This document shows positions 52,602-63,708 of a stretch of DNA of 64,000 nt, one piece after another. The DNA lies in contig JALMLS010000195.1 of the NCBI GenBank assembly GCA_038496445.1, positions 62,001-126,000 on the forward strand. Direction: 5' to 3'. The number at the start of each line of letters is the position of its first letter. The first letter of the stretch is position 1. The notes beneath the pieces are model-generated. The model was not told the origin of the DNA, made no database searches, and saw only the letters and a list, made by a program, of their open reading frames with translations. The position numbers were made by a program, and so were the translations under genes. The stretch comes from Trichosphaerium sp. ATCC 40318. Its lineage: Eukaryota; Protista; Tubulinea.

Positions 52602-53801
52602 ATGTCTGTAGCAAATCGTTATGAGCTCTCCTCCACAGCGTACGACATTATGCTATCCGCCTCAGAGTGTTGTAAAAACGACAGTGTCACTGGTATAAGT
52701 TTGTTACAGCTACCAACAGAGATATTAGCGCACATCTTGCGTCAAACGACCAAATCACGATTTAAAGCTTGTCAAACCTCTCGTTTCCTTGCTTCTATCG
52801 TTCATGACGTTATCGGATACCATGCTGTTACGATTAAAACGCCAACTCAAGCAAAATTAGCATTAAAACATGCTGGCATTCTGAAACATACAACAATCAC
52901 CCTCTTGGGTAACTTTTATGACAACATAATCAAGCAATTCGCTGGTGCTCATTCGATTTACCTTAAGTACACTTCAGTAACAGATGAAGGTGTCAAAGCT
53001 CTTGCTGGGGTCCATGATATTTACCTTAAGTATGCTTCAGTAACTGATGAAGGTGTCAAAGCACTTGCTGGAGTTCATATTATTAACCTCAGTAGTACTG
53101 CAGTAACTGATGAGGGTATCAAAGCACTTGTTGGAGTACATGATATTAACCTTAGTGGCACTTCAATAACTGACGATGGTGTCATAGCACTTGCTGGAGT
53201 TCATACTATTAACCTCCATAACACCCCAGTTACAGACAAGGGCGTCATAGCGCTTGCTGGCGTTCATGCTATTTGCCTTGATGATACTTCAATAACAGAC
53301 ATAAGTGCCAAAGCACTTGCTGGTGCCCACACTATTAGCCTCAGTAGAACTTCAGTAACTGATGAAGGTGTCACAGCACTTGCTGGATCTCATACTGTTT
53401 ACCTCAATAAAACTTCAGTAACTGATAAAGGAATTAAAGCACTTGCTGGAGTACATACCATAGACCTCAGCAACACTTCAGTAACTGATGAAGGTGTTAT
53501 AGCACTTGCTGGAGTTCATACAATTTACCTCAGTCGCACTTCAATAACTGACAAGGGTGCCACAGCACTTGCTGGAGTTCATACAATTTACCTTGATAGA
53601 ACTTCAGTAACAGATGTAGGTGTTAAAGCACTTGCTGGAGTTCATGAGATTCACCTTCAGAGCACTTCAGTAACAGACGAGGGAGTTAAAGCGCTTGTTG
53701 GAGTTTATACTATTAACCTCAATAGAACTTCAGTAACTAAAGAAGGTATTAAAGCACTTGCTGGAGCAAAAAATATATACTGCTCCCGCTTGGTCCGATA
53801 A
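52602..53801 (+). CDS. F-box + 13 x 21-aa LRR protein, single exon
   Basis: LLQLPTEILAHIL (F-box); repeat consensus AGVHxIxLxxTSVTDEGVKAL. Confidence 0.9.
   Translation: MSVANRYELSSTAYDIMLSASECCKNDSVTGISLLQLPTEILAHILRQTTKSRFKACQTSRFLASIVHDVIGYHAVTIKTPTQAKLALKHAGILKHTTITLLGNFYDNIIKQFAGAHSIYLKYTSVTDEGVKALAGVHDIYLKYASVTDEGVKALAGVHIINLSSTAVTDEGIKALVGVHDINLSGTSITDDGVIALAGVHTINLHNTPVTDKGVIALAGVHAICLDDTSITDISAKALAGAHTISLSRTSVTDEGVTALAGSHTVYLNKTSVTDKGIKALAGVHTIDLSNTSVTDEGVIALAGVHTIYLSRTSITDKGATALAGVHTIYLDRTSVTDVGVKALAGVHEIHLQSTSVTDEGVKALVGVYTINLNRTSVTKEGIKALAGAKNIYCSRLVR
52941..53759 (+). repeat. Coding tandem array of 13 x 63 nt without indels
   Basis: Recurrent GCACTTGCTGGAGTTCAT and ACTTCAGTAACTGATGAAGG blocks at 63-nt period. 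Confidence 0.92.
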
Positions 53802-54048
53802 AAGAATTGTTAAACTGTACAGTAGCGAAGTTGTGATCTAGACAATACTAAATAAAGTTCTTTCAGACGAGCTTTAAGGTTCTCAAAAAGAAACCGTTTG
53901 GTGTTGTACATTTCAGTCAAGCTTGTTGTACTGCTTTCAAAATCAGAGTGGCACTTATTTAAGATATTTAGACGACTTCAATGGTTTAGGTATCACGTGG
54001 TGGCAGTCAACTTTGTTCATTTTGATCATTTTCAGTCCTTCCAACGTC

Positions 54049-55984
54049 ATGAAAGCAGTTATAGAATCAATATCAGAGAACAAGTACATTCACTGGTACT
54101 GTAAAAGCTGAAACGAATGCGTTAGTTCACTAAAATTATTTGCTGAAGGTTCCTTGCTGAGATGTTAGGCACATTTGTTATCGTGTTTATTGGTATTGGC
54201 AGCGTACGTTGTTCTACATGACAAGAAATGGCGCACTTCGCAAAACTACAAGGAGTATTAGACGAGCACGTGCACGTGATAACTAATCACTCAAGCGCTA
54301 AAAGAAATGGCGTCTCTTCTGTCAATCCTATTTTTTTACGGTTTATTGCGTGTTTATTAGTCTAGGTTACTGTAGATGTAACAATGAGCACTTATCAAGG
54401 CAAGAAATTATTGTGCTTGAATGGTTGAAGTAAATTTCTTGTTTTAGGACTGTGGCAAGTACGCCTTTACTGTTTGTATGTTGAATTGGTATCCCAACAC
54501 AATAAGTAGATTGCTTCAATTTGGGGATTTGGCATCGCTCTTGCAATTTTTGTTTCGGACAGTGTCTCAGGTGAGTAAAAAAAAAACCAGAATACTGTGA
54601 TGTTCTAAGTGTATGCTTTTAACAGGGGCCCACGTAAGTTAGGATCAACTCAAAACGTGTATGAGCTTAATTTTGGTGTAATAGTTAAATCCTGCTGTTA
54701 CTATCGCATTTTATTTGTATCGTAAAAAAGAAATGAAGTTAACTTGGCACGTCACTTTCAAAACTCGCTTGCAACTTTTTTTTTTGGTCTTATATTTTTA
54801 AAGGTACAAAGTACTGTTATACATTGCAGCTCAGTTTGTTGGTGCATTCATAGCTGGAGCTACAATATACGGTACTTTGAGGTTGTCAAGTACTAGAGCT
54901 TAATCACAATGCTACAGGTTGTTTCCGTAGATTTTTACAAAATTTCGAGAAACAACAAGGACTTGTACGTGGTCAACCAGGTACTTTCACACCCATTCGT
55001 TTATATGCTCAATATACTCACTAACACAAAATCTATTTCAGGAAGTCAAATATCAGCAATGTGTTTTGGGTGTTATGTACGGGAAACAACAAATTTTTGT
55101 CAAGTGAGGTTTTTACATTTAGAAATAGTTCCCGAATCCTGGTATTTTTGGTGTCGAACGTGCGTATTGAGATGCATTCTATAGGCTATAATGTATATTA
55201 TAAACATTTATTTAGATAATTTCTTGATAAACTCAATTGAGGCTTTTGCAATTGAAGCTCTGGGAACAGGTTTTCTGGTACTTGTCATTTTTACACTCAC
55301 AGATAAACGCAATAAAACGCTTCCCAAAACTGCAAAAGGTACGCCAAGTGTATTAAACAATTTCTCGTTATAATCGAACACATAATAGCACTAGCACCAT
55401 TCTTCATCGGATTCACAGTATCTGTCTTGATCAGGTATGTGTTTAATTTAACAGTTGGAAAACAAGAATAAAATAAGAAATAAGTTCTAACCTTTTCCGG
55501 GCAGTTTGTTTGCTCCTTTGACTCAAGCGAGTTACAATCCTGCACGTGATTTTGGTCCAAGACTTGTTGCGTTGATTGGTATGTTGAAGTTAGCCATAAT
55601 TAAGCATTCAAGGCATACAATAACTAATTTCTATGCAGCTGGTTGGGGTAAAATTGCTATTCCAGGACCTCGCAATGGCTTCTGGTTGTACCTCATTGGT
55701 ACTTTGTTTCTTTTTTATTCAACTAGTTAATTGTATGTGTAGCTCCTTTTTTAGGGTCTGTCATAGCAGGTGCCATGTACGAGTTTGTATTCGGGTATGT
55801 TTCTCATTTCCTATGATATTTTGCTTTGTTGGAAAACACCATACTTACATGTTGTGTTAGGCTGTCCTTCAGAGTCAAGAAGAGTAACGACGGTAATTCT
55901 TGTCATGTACTTAGCACTCCTCATGGAGATATAACATGTACGACTGCATCTAACGATAATGGAATAAAAGATATCGATTTGTAA
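54049..55984 (+). CDS. Aquaglyceroporin (MIP/GlpF-type), copy 1
   Basis: [43 protein letters not shown] (second NPA followed by RD). Many small exons. Confidence 0.93.
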
Positions 55985-56973
55985 CCATCATAAATAAACA
56001 ATATGAAATACAAGATGCTTTAGTTATGTTTAGTATCACACAAAAGGAAACAAGTAAGCCCGTACCATATTTTTAAACACTATAAAATAAATACTATACT
56101 TGAGTCATAGCCATCACGCTTGTGGCTCATGTGTAAGAACTAAAACTATTTTGGAAAAATATATTCAATCACTGGCAAGTCTCAAATTATCCGCCTACGG
56201 TTCCCATTCTTATGAACAACAAAAGAAATGCATTGTTATAAACAAAGTCACATTGAGGAGATGGATTGGTTAGCGTTTTATGAGGCAATAGGAGCGCCAC
56301 CTGTAGACTAGTTCGACATATGTCAAGTGTGAATGTGTCGCTTAGTCTACCAACCCATAGTTGTACCGCTCTAGTCTTTGATACACTTTGGATCGCTATT
56401 GACTCATTCTACCTCTATCCTTTCAAGTCCTACAGCTTGTGGGCATCCAAAAATGAGTCCCTGACTCCACAATCAGAATCAGAAGTGTTGGAATTATTTA
56501 CCGTTGTACGTACTTCGTCTATAATTTCGTATGCAACTAGAAATTCACTCTGAAGTCCTCAGGGTTTGACCCGAAATAGAGCTATTTTTTAGCACTAAGC
56601 CTGAGTTTGCAGAATGGTTTGTGAATATAGGTAGACCTAGTGCAACTCTGCAAGCTATCGTGCATCCCTATGGAGTACTGTACCAGATCAGCATAAGCGT
56701 AGAAAGTCAAGTGCATATAGCGTTATTTCTTAAATCCCTAATTGAAGGCTAAACTATTCTTGATGAGTTTGTTTGTTTGGTTTATTTGACTTAAGCATTG
56801 CTTAAATACAGGCGCAGGCCGCGAGTATTTTTGGGCTTTTCCCGTTCCGCGTTACATTATATAGTACAACACAGGTTCTCCATCTAACCTGGACTGCCCC
56901 TATTATTCTTGATGAGTATCACGTGGTGGCAGTCAACTTTTTCATTTTGATCATTTTCAGTCCTCCAAACGTC

Positions 56974-58906
56974 ATGAAAGCAGTTATAGAATCAATATCA
57001 GAGAACAAGTACATTCATTGGTACAGTAAAAGTGCGAGTTGATTAATTTAATAAACATTTGCTCAAGGTTCCTTGCTGAGATGTTAGGCACATTTGTTAT
57101 CGTGTTTATTGGTATTGGCAGCGTAAGTTGTTCTACATGACAAGAAATGGCGCTATTTTTGTTTAGTAGGCTCACTTTACTTCTCAACGCCACTACAAAG
57201 AGTAATAGATGAGCACGTGATAATTAATCACTCAAGCGCTAAAAGAAATGGCGTCTCTTCTGTCAATCCTATTTTTTAAGGTTTTATAGCGTATTTATAA
57301 CTCTAGGTTACTGTAGATGTAACAATGAGCACTTATCAAGGCAAGAAAATACAACTTAGTGGTTAAAGTAAATTTCTATTTTAGGGTTATGGCAGGTACG
57401 CCTTACTGGTTGTATTTTGAACGGTACCCCAATATAATAAGTAGATTGCTTCAATTTGGGGATTTGGCATTACTCTTGCAATTTTTGTTTCGGACAGTGT
57501 CTCAGGTGAGGAAAAAAAAAACCAGAATACTTTGATGTTCTAAGTGTATGCTTTTAAGGGGCCCACGTAAGTTAAGGTCAACTCAAAACATGTATGAGCT
57601 TAATTTTGGTGTAATAGTTAAATCCTGCTGTTACTATCGCATTTTATTTGTATCGTAAAAAAGAAATGAAGTTAACTTGGCACGTCACTTTCAAAACTCG
57701 CTTGCAACTTTTTTTTTTGTCTTATATTTTTAAAGGTACAAAGTACTGTTATACATTGCAGCTCAGTTTGTTGGTGCATTCATAGCTGGTGTTACAATAT
57801 ACGGTACTTTGAGGTTGTCAAGTACTAGAGCTTAATCATAATGTTACTAGGTTGTTTCCGTAGATTTTTACAAAATTTTGAGAAACAACAAGGACTTGTA
57901 CGTGGTCAACCAGGTACCTCAATGCGCTTTTATTATGCTAGATATACGCTAAAATAAATCTATTTCAGGAAGTCAAATATCAGCAATGTGTTTTGGGTGT
58001 TATGTACGTAAACAACAAATTTTTGTCAAGTGAGGTTTTTACATTTAGAAATAGTTCCCGAATCCTGGTATTTTTGGTGTCAAACGTGCGTATTGAGATG
58101 TATTCTATAGGCTATAGCGTATTGTATAAATATTTATTTAGATAATTTCTTGATAAACTCAATTGAGGCTTTTGCAATTGAAGCTCTGGGAACAGGTTTT
58201 CTGGTACTTGTCATTTTTACACTTACAGATAAACGCAATAAAACACTTCCCAAAACTGCAAAAGGTATGCCAAGTGCATTAACAATTTCTCGCTATAATC
58301 GAACACATAATAGCACTAGCACCATTCTTCATCGGATTCACAGTATCTGTCTTGATCAGGTATGTTAATTTATTATGATGAAAAACTATAAGGGAAGAAT
58401 AAAATAAGAACTAATGTTTGGGCAGTTTGTTTGCTCCTTTGACTCAAGCAAGTTATAATCCCGCACGTGATTTTGGTCCAAGACTTGTTGCGTTGATTGG
58501 TATGTTGAAGTTAGCCATAATTAGGCATTCAAGGCATACAATAGCTAACTTCTATACAGCTGGTTGGGGTAAAATTGCTATTCCAGGACCTCGTAATGGC
58601 TTCTGGTTGTACCTCATTGGTACTTTGTTTCTTTTTTATTCAACTAGTTAATTGTATGTGTAGCTCCTTTTTTAGGGTCTGTCATAGCAGGTGCCATGTA
58701 CGAGTTTGTATTCGGGTATGTTTCTCATTTCCTATGATATTTTGCTTTGTTGGAAAACACCATACTTACATGTTGTGTTAAGGCTGTCCTTCAGAGTCAA
58801 GAAGACAAAAGACAGTGATGATTGTCATATGCTTATAACTCCTCAGGGAGATATAACATGTACGACTGAATCTAACAATAACGGAATCAGCGATAGCGAT
58901 TTGTAA
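56974..58906 (+). CDS. Aquaglyceroporin (MIP/GlpF-type), copy 2
   Basis: Same exon structure and NPA motifs as copy 1; diverged C-terminal tail. Confidence 0.92.
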
Positions 58907-59099
58907 CTCATAAATAAACCAAAATGCAATCAGGCTGCTTTTTAGTATCACATAAAAGGAACGAAAACAAGTACGTCCTTTATAGTAAACCACGTTGTCA
59001 AATCGATGCTACAGTTTACTCATTAAGTCATCACGCATTGTGGAAGGTTAAACAGAACCAAACGGATTTTTGGTTAATGTACAATTTTATTAATTTTAT

Positions 59100-59968
59100 T
59101 CAACTTTCGTCAAGGAGAACCTTTTTTCTTTTTCCTTTCTTATAAATACACTGTAAAATAAGGTATCCGTCATCATCCCACTCTTTATACTCACCATGCC
59201 TTTTACCTTTTCTATTATAATAGCACTCCGTAGTGAGTACACCATTAATGTTCCACTCTTTGTACAAACCGACTACTTTGCCGTCCTGATAAACACATTT
59301 AGACCTTATCTGTCCGTTATTGTGCCACCATTTATACTCTCCGTGGACGTTACCATCCTTTATAAACCAGTCTAAACAGAGTTCTCCATTGTTATAATAC
59401 CGTTTCTGCTCTCTATCTCTCTTTCCGTACTTGTAGAAGCAAGAAATATGAGGAATACCGTTCGGATACCATTCCGAATACTTGCCGTGCTTCTCATCGT
59501 TTGCGTATGTACACTTTACCCTGTGTTTCCCGTTTCTATGCCATTCTTGGTGCGTGCCGCATAGTTTATCTTGTATATAGTGACTTTTTGTGCTTAATTG
59601 TCCGTTTGGATGCCATTCTATGTATTCACCGTGCCGCTTACCGGTTTTCCAGTATTGTTGTTGAATTACCCTTCCTTTACTTTTTTTCTTCCAAACTCCA
59701 GTGTTTTTTAGTTTAGCATCAAATCTCGTACTCGTAGCCGCTTTACGCGATAATAGAGGCCACAAACAATAAACTTGGTGGTTTAAATCCATTATATCAA
59801 GTTGTAACTCCATGGGTAGGTCCAATATATTGATTGGATGCGCGGAACGCAGAAAAGACTACAATGATGAGTTTGTAAAAATAGAGGTTACAAAACGTTT
59901 TCGCGCTCTACCACTGGCGGGCTTTGTGTTTTAACAGAACGTAAATGTATATAGAGATATCGTACCAT
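59100..59968 (-). CDS. F-box + MORN-variant repeat protein; one intron (59859-59965) directly after the ATG
   Basis: ATG|gtacga...cattgtag|TCT gives MSFLRSAHPINILDLPMELQLDI; linker STRFDAKLKNTGVW; about 7-8 repeats HGEYxEWHxNG. Confidence 0.8.
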
Positions 59969-60130
59969 GATTGTAGGTTCTTGTGATGCAGTTCCTTCAA
60001 TGTTCAGAAAATAGTAAAAAAGAAACTTCACTAAAACTCCGTTTACCATTTTGGAATGCTCGCTCAAACGAAACGCTAAAGTTCGAAAACTACACCAGCT
60101 TCAATTGGACAGGTATTTGAGTCGTCTTAT

Positions 60131-60781
60131 ATGAGAGAACCGATAGAAATAATGGAAACAGAAAATAAAGACGGTCACATTTGAAGGCTTCCAGAAAATA
60201 GTGTATTTTTACACCAGTTTAGTATCCAAGTAATTCAACTTTGTAACTATACTATTTTGGTTGTACATACCTGTTTTGCAGGCGTCACACTCACCTACAA
60301 GAAGTTTGTCACTGCAGATACCTCAGAATACTATTAGCTATTTACCTATGATTTGTACAACAAGTTGCTATTCGCTGATAACCTTTGGTTTGTAAACTGA
60401 GTTTAATAAGGCAATTCCAGAATTAGAATCACGTTTATTGTTACAGTCATGATTGCAATGCATACCTTGTAAAATCCGTAATACTTTTGACACTTTCTTG
60501 ATCGTACCCAATGACTCAACATCTTTGGTTGGGTTTCATATTGTCGTAAGAAAAGCACAAAAGAAGCTCATGGAAACTTCAGACTATATTAACAAGGCAC
60601 CCATATACTGTTGTGCTTAGTGATTCTAACCAAAAAATATGGTATGTTTTCTAAATACTAGGTATTAAAGCTAAGGTTCCATGCTGTTGTTATTGATGGT
60701 ACTTTCAATATAGACGAAGTTGACATTTTGCGAATTTATTTCTTCCCTCCTGAACCGCAAGTTGCACCAATGTTTCATTGA
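60131..60781 (+). CDS. Possible small multi-exon hypothetical gene
   Basis: Acceptor followed by an open terminal exon VLKLRFHAVVIDGTFNIDEVDILRIYFFPPEPQVAPMFH* at 60662-60781. Upstream exons not confidently assembled. Confidence 0.25.
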
Positions 60782-61740
60782 TTAACCTCACCAAAAGAAA
60801 AGTGCTGCAACACAAAGTGTCAGTACATTTTTATCAACACGTTTCAACCTTTGCTATTCTGTGTAGAGCAACAAAGACTCTTGTTCCTGATAGGTACAGT
60901 CAAAATGGTTAGGCGTAGTAAGCCTGATTCGCCATTTACAACAGATGGCGGCTTGTACCGCTTTGCTGGCAAAAAAGCCAAAAACTGATTTAGTTTTGTG
61001 TCTCGGCCAACGCTCCTAAAACGCGTACAAATAGTCGAACTTGGCTCTCTACGCCCGCAAAGGCAGTATGCAAGCGGAAACGTGTAAGTGTAAGTCAACA
61101 TTAGCAAACAAACTTAAACACTATCACAACCCACTAGCCCGTAGAAACACAACCTCAGTACGCTTCCCTACCATTCTAAACAAAAACCAAAAAACACAGT
61201 TTAAAAATACCTTTTTGAAACTAAAAGCTGTTTAAAACCTCATGGTGCCCACTGTGGTGTAATATTACTAATACCACAATTTTTTCCCAACGCGAATAAG
61301 AAATTCAAAAGCTCGATGATGTATAGTACTACTGCAGGATCGGAAACTGTTTGTCAGGGCTACGGCTCAGTCCAGGCTGAACACTATGCCATCAATGAAA
61401 GTTAACTATTCGGTGGCTACATGGTGGCGTGGGTGCCTTTGCAAAGGGACTAAGGTTTGAGATATTGGTTTACGGAATTCCATCCTACATTTACTATTTT
61501 TTATGGTTAGATGAGCAGGCTTGGAAGAATGATACACTTAAATTCAGCAGGCTATTTTTCAAGACAAGATAGAACCAACAGAAAATAGTGAAAGTTGGTT
61601 GTATCCGTTTAGGTTTTATTCTCACTTTTGAAGTGCGAGCTCTTTACACTTACGTCTTTTAATTCCTAGTTGGAGTCTATTACTCACTGAACATTTTACA
61701 ACCAAAGCTTAATCGCCATTTTAAATAGAATGTTGCATGT

Positions 61741-63708
61741 ACACATTCTTTACATTATTCGTCCCTTGAGGACAATTACCAAACCGGGAAAAGTGAGTTC
61801 ATTCAACTGATTTTTTTAAGGTTAAGTTTTTTGACGAAAAACTCGACATCCCAATTATTCAACTGAAGCAATGTTACGCGCCTACACACAAGCGTACGTA
61901 TATGTTGGCATTATGGTGCATATAATGGCTCCATTAGAACACGGTCTGTATCTGTCAGAACAAACGTTCGGAAAACAGCTCCTAAACGCTGTTACTCGTT
62001 GAATACTAGCCGCTCAGTCGATATCTATCAATATCCTCCTTCTAAACCCAATACCATTCTCAATATTGTGCCTCAAGGGTACAATATGGTGGTAGAGCGC
62101 ATGGGAAAGTTCCTAGCTGTTCAACCGTCAGGTATTAAGACGTTTAGCAAAACAAAAAAGCGTTATTTTTAACGCAACGCTAGGATGGTTCTTAGCAATC
62201 CCTTTTATCGATAAAGTTGCATACGTACACGATATGAGAGAAATGGTACAATAAAATACAAACTATGCAACCATGCGCATCTAAACTCATCAGGCAATAT
62301 TCATCGAACCTCAATTCGCAGTTACAAGGGATAACGTCAGGTTAGAACTCACTCAATGGTTTTTTTGTAACAAATCAAAAACTGACCAATTTATTATTAC
62401 AGTGTTCACCTCTCAGGAAATCTATACGTGCAGATCGAAGATGCACATGACGCTAGCTACAAAGTTCGTCGTGTATTGTATTCTATAACAATGATGGCTC
62501 AGGCGCTTATGCGTACAGAATGTGGTAAAGTACGACTTAAAAATTTTCTAACAAGTTTTTTTTTTTGTTTTGAACTCATTTTTTTCTTCGTGTAGCTTGA
62601 ACTCGATGAACTCTTCCACAACAGAAAGACTCTTAACTCAAACTTATTGGATGGTATGAAAGATGCTTGTACGAAATGGAGGTGTAATGTATTACGTTAT
62701 GAAGTCACCGATATAAAACCTGACCCAATGGTGAGTTCATAGTTGTGCACGTTTTTTTGTTTGGACTCTTTTCCTGACTTGTAGTTGTGTAGATCGCTAA
62801 GGCTATGGACAGACAAGCTGCAGCAGAACGTAACAGAAGGGAACAGGTTCTAGAGGCTACTGCAAAGAAACAAGGAATGGTAAGTTTTCTGAAGACATTT
62901 ATGAAAGTTTTAAGAAAGATGTTAGGTTGAAGTGTCTGAAGGTCAAAGACAAAAAGATATTAACGAATCTGAAGGTATGAAGATTCGTATCTTGAATGAA
63001 ACATCCGCAAAAGCAACAACAATACGAGAGCTTGCACAAGCGCAAGCAGATGCAACAAAAATGAAGGCTAGCGCTCAAGTACGTCCAAGAAGTCGAAAAT
63101 CCATTTTTTTTCCCTTTAAACTCACTGTTTCTCAAAAGGCTGAAGCTCTCGCCATTGTTGGTAAATCTCTTGCCAACGAGGAAGGAAAGAATGCCTTGAA
63201 GGCTAACTTGTCATCTGAGTACTTTAAGAGCTTTGAAAAGATTGTACAATCCTCAAACACAGTTGTACTACCTCAAGATGTTGGCTCTGTAGATTCAGTT
63301 ATTGGACGTGCTGTAACTCTTATGGGTGGCTTAGCAGGAGGAAAAGATTCAACCTCTAAAAAAGATGAGTCAACTGATACACAATAACCAATGAACACAA
63401 ACATTGGAATGATATTCAGATTCTGTATGAACATTTTCCGGCTTTGTATCAGCTGAACTACAAACGCCGACTGTAACAAAAAAAAAGGCACGTTAACTGA
63501 AAGACAATAAATATGTTTTGAAAGGACGACATAAAAAACTGAAGTTGTTATCGGCTGATGCATCAAATTATTGACTTTTTTTGGGTCTAGTTCTACAATT
63601 ACAGCGTTTATTTGGGGTTTTTTACAATTAGATGTGCCCTTGTGTAGGCATGAGGTTCATATTAGAAAGTGTAGAATCCATTTCTCCATCAAGCCTCTCT
63701 AACTCATT
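61741..63708. repeat. Copy B (source) of the inverted segmental duplication
   Basis: Reverse complement of 29078-31013; here contiguous with the continuing HAUS1 reading frame. Confidence 0.95.
61871..63387 (+). CDS. STOML2: Stomatin-like protein 2, mitochondrial, copy B
   Basis: Same motifs and exon structure as copy A. Confidence 0.9.

Larger units (their letters stand above)
53990..59043 (+). repeat. Tandem duplication of a ~2.1-kb aquaglyceroporin unit (53990-~56125 and 56916-~59043)
   Basis: Both units start GTATCACGTGGTGGCAGTCAACTTT and share exons, introns and 3' flank; separated by ~790 bp of unique spacer. Confidence 0.95.

Noticed and set aside
52941-53759. Regular repeat/variable pattern resembling a CRISPR array
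   Set aside because: It is in-frame coding LRR sequence with a 63-nt period; variable parts are only a few codons, there are no cas genes and the context is eukaryotic.
56140-56750. Spacer between the aquaporin copies with short ORFs (56320-56553)
   Set aside because: No recognisable motif and multiple stops on the opposite strand; cannot support a gene or pseudogene call.
29078-63708. Giant transposon with 1.9-kb terminal inverted repeats
   Set aside because: The repeats are an ordinary host gene plus a HAUS1 fragment; no transposase or target-site duplication was seen.
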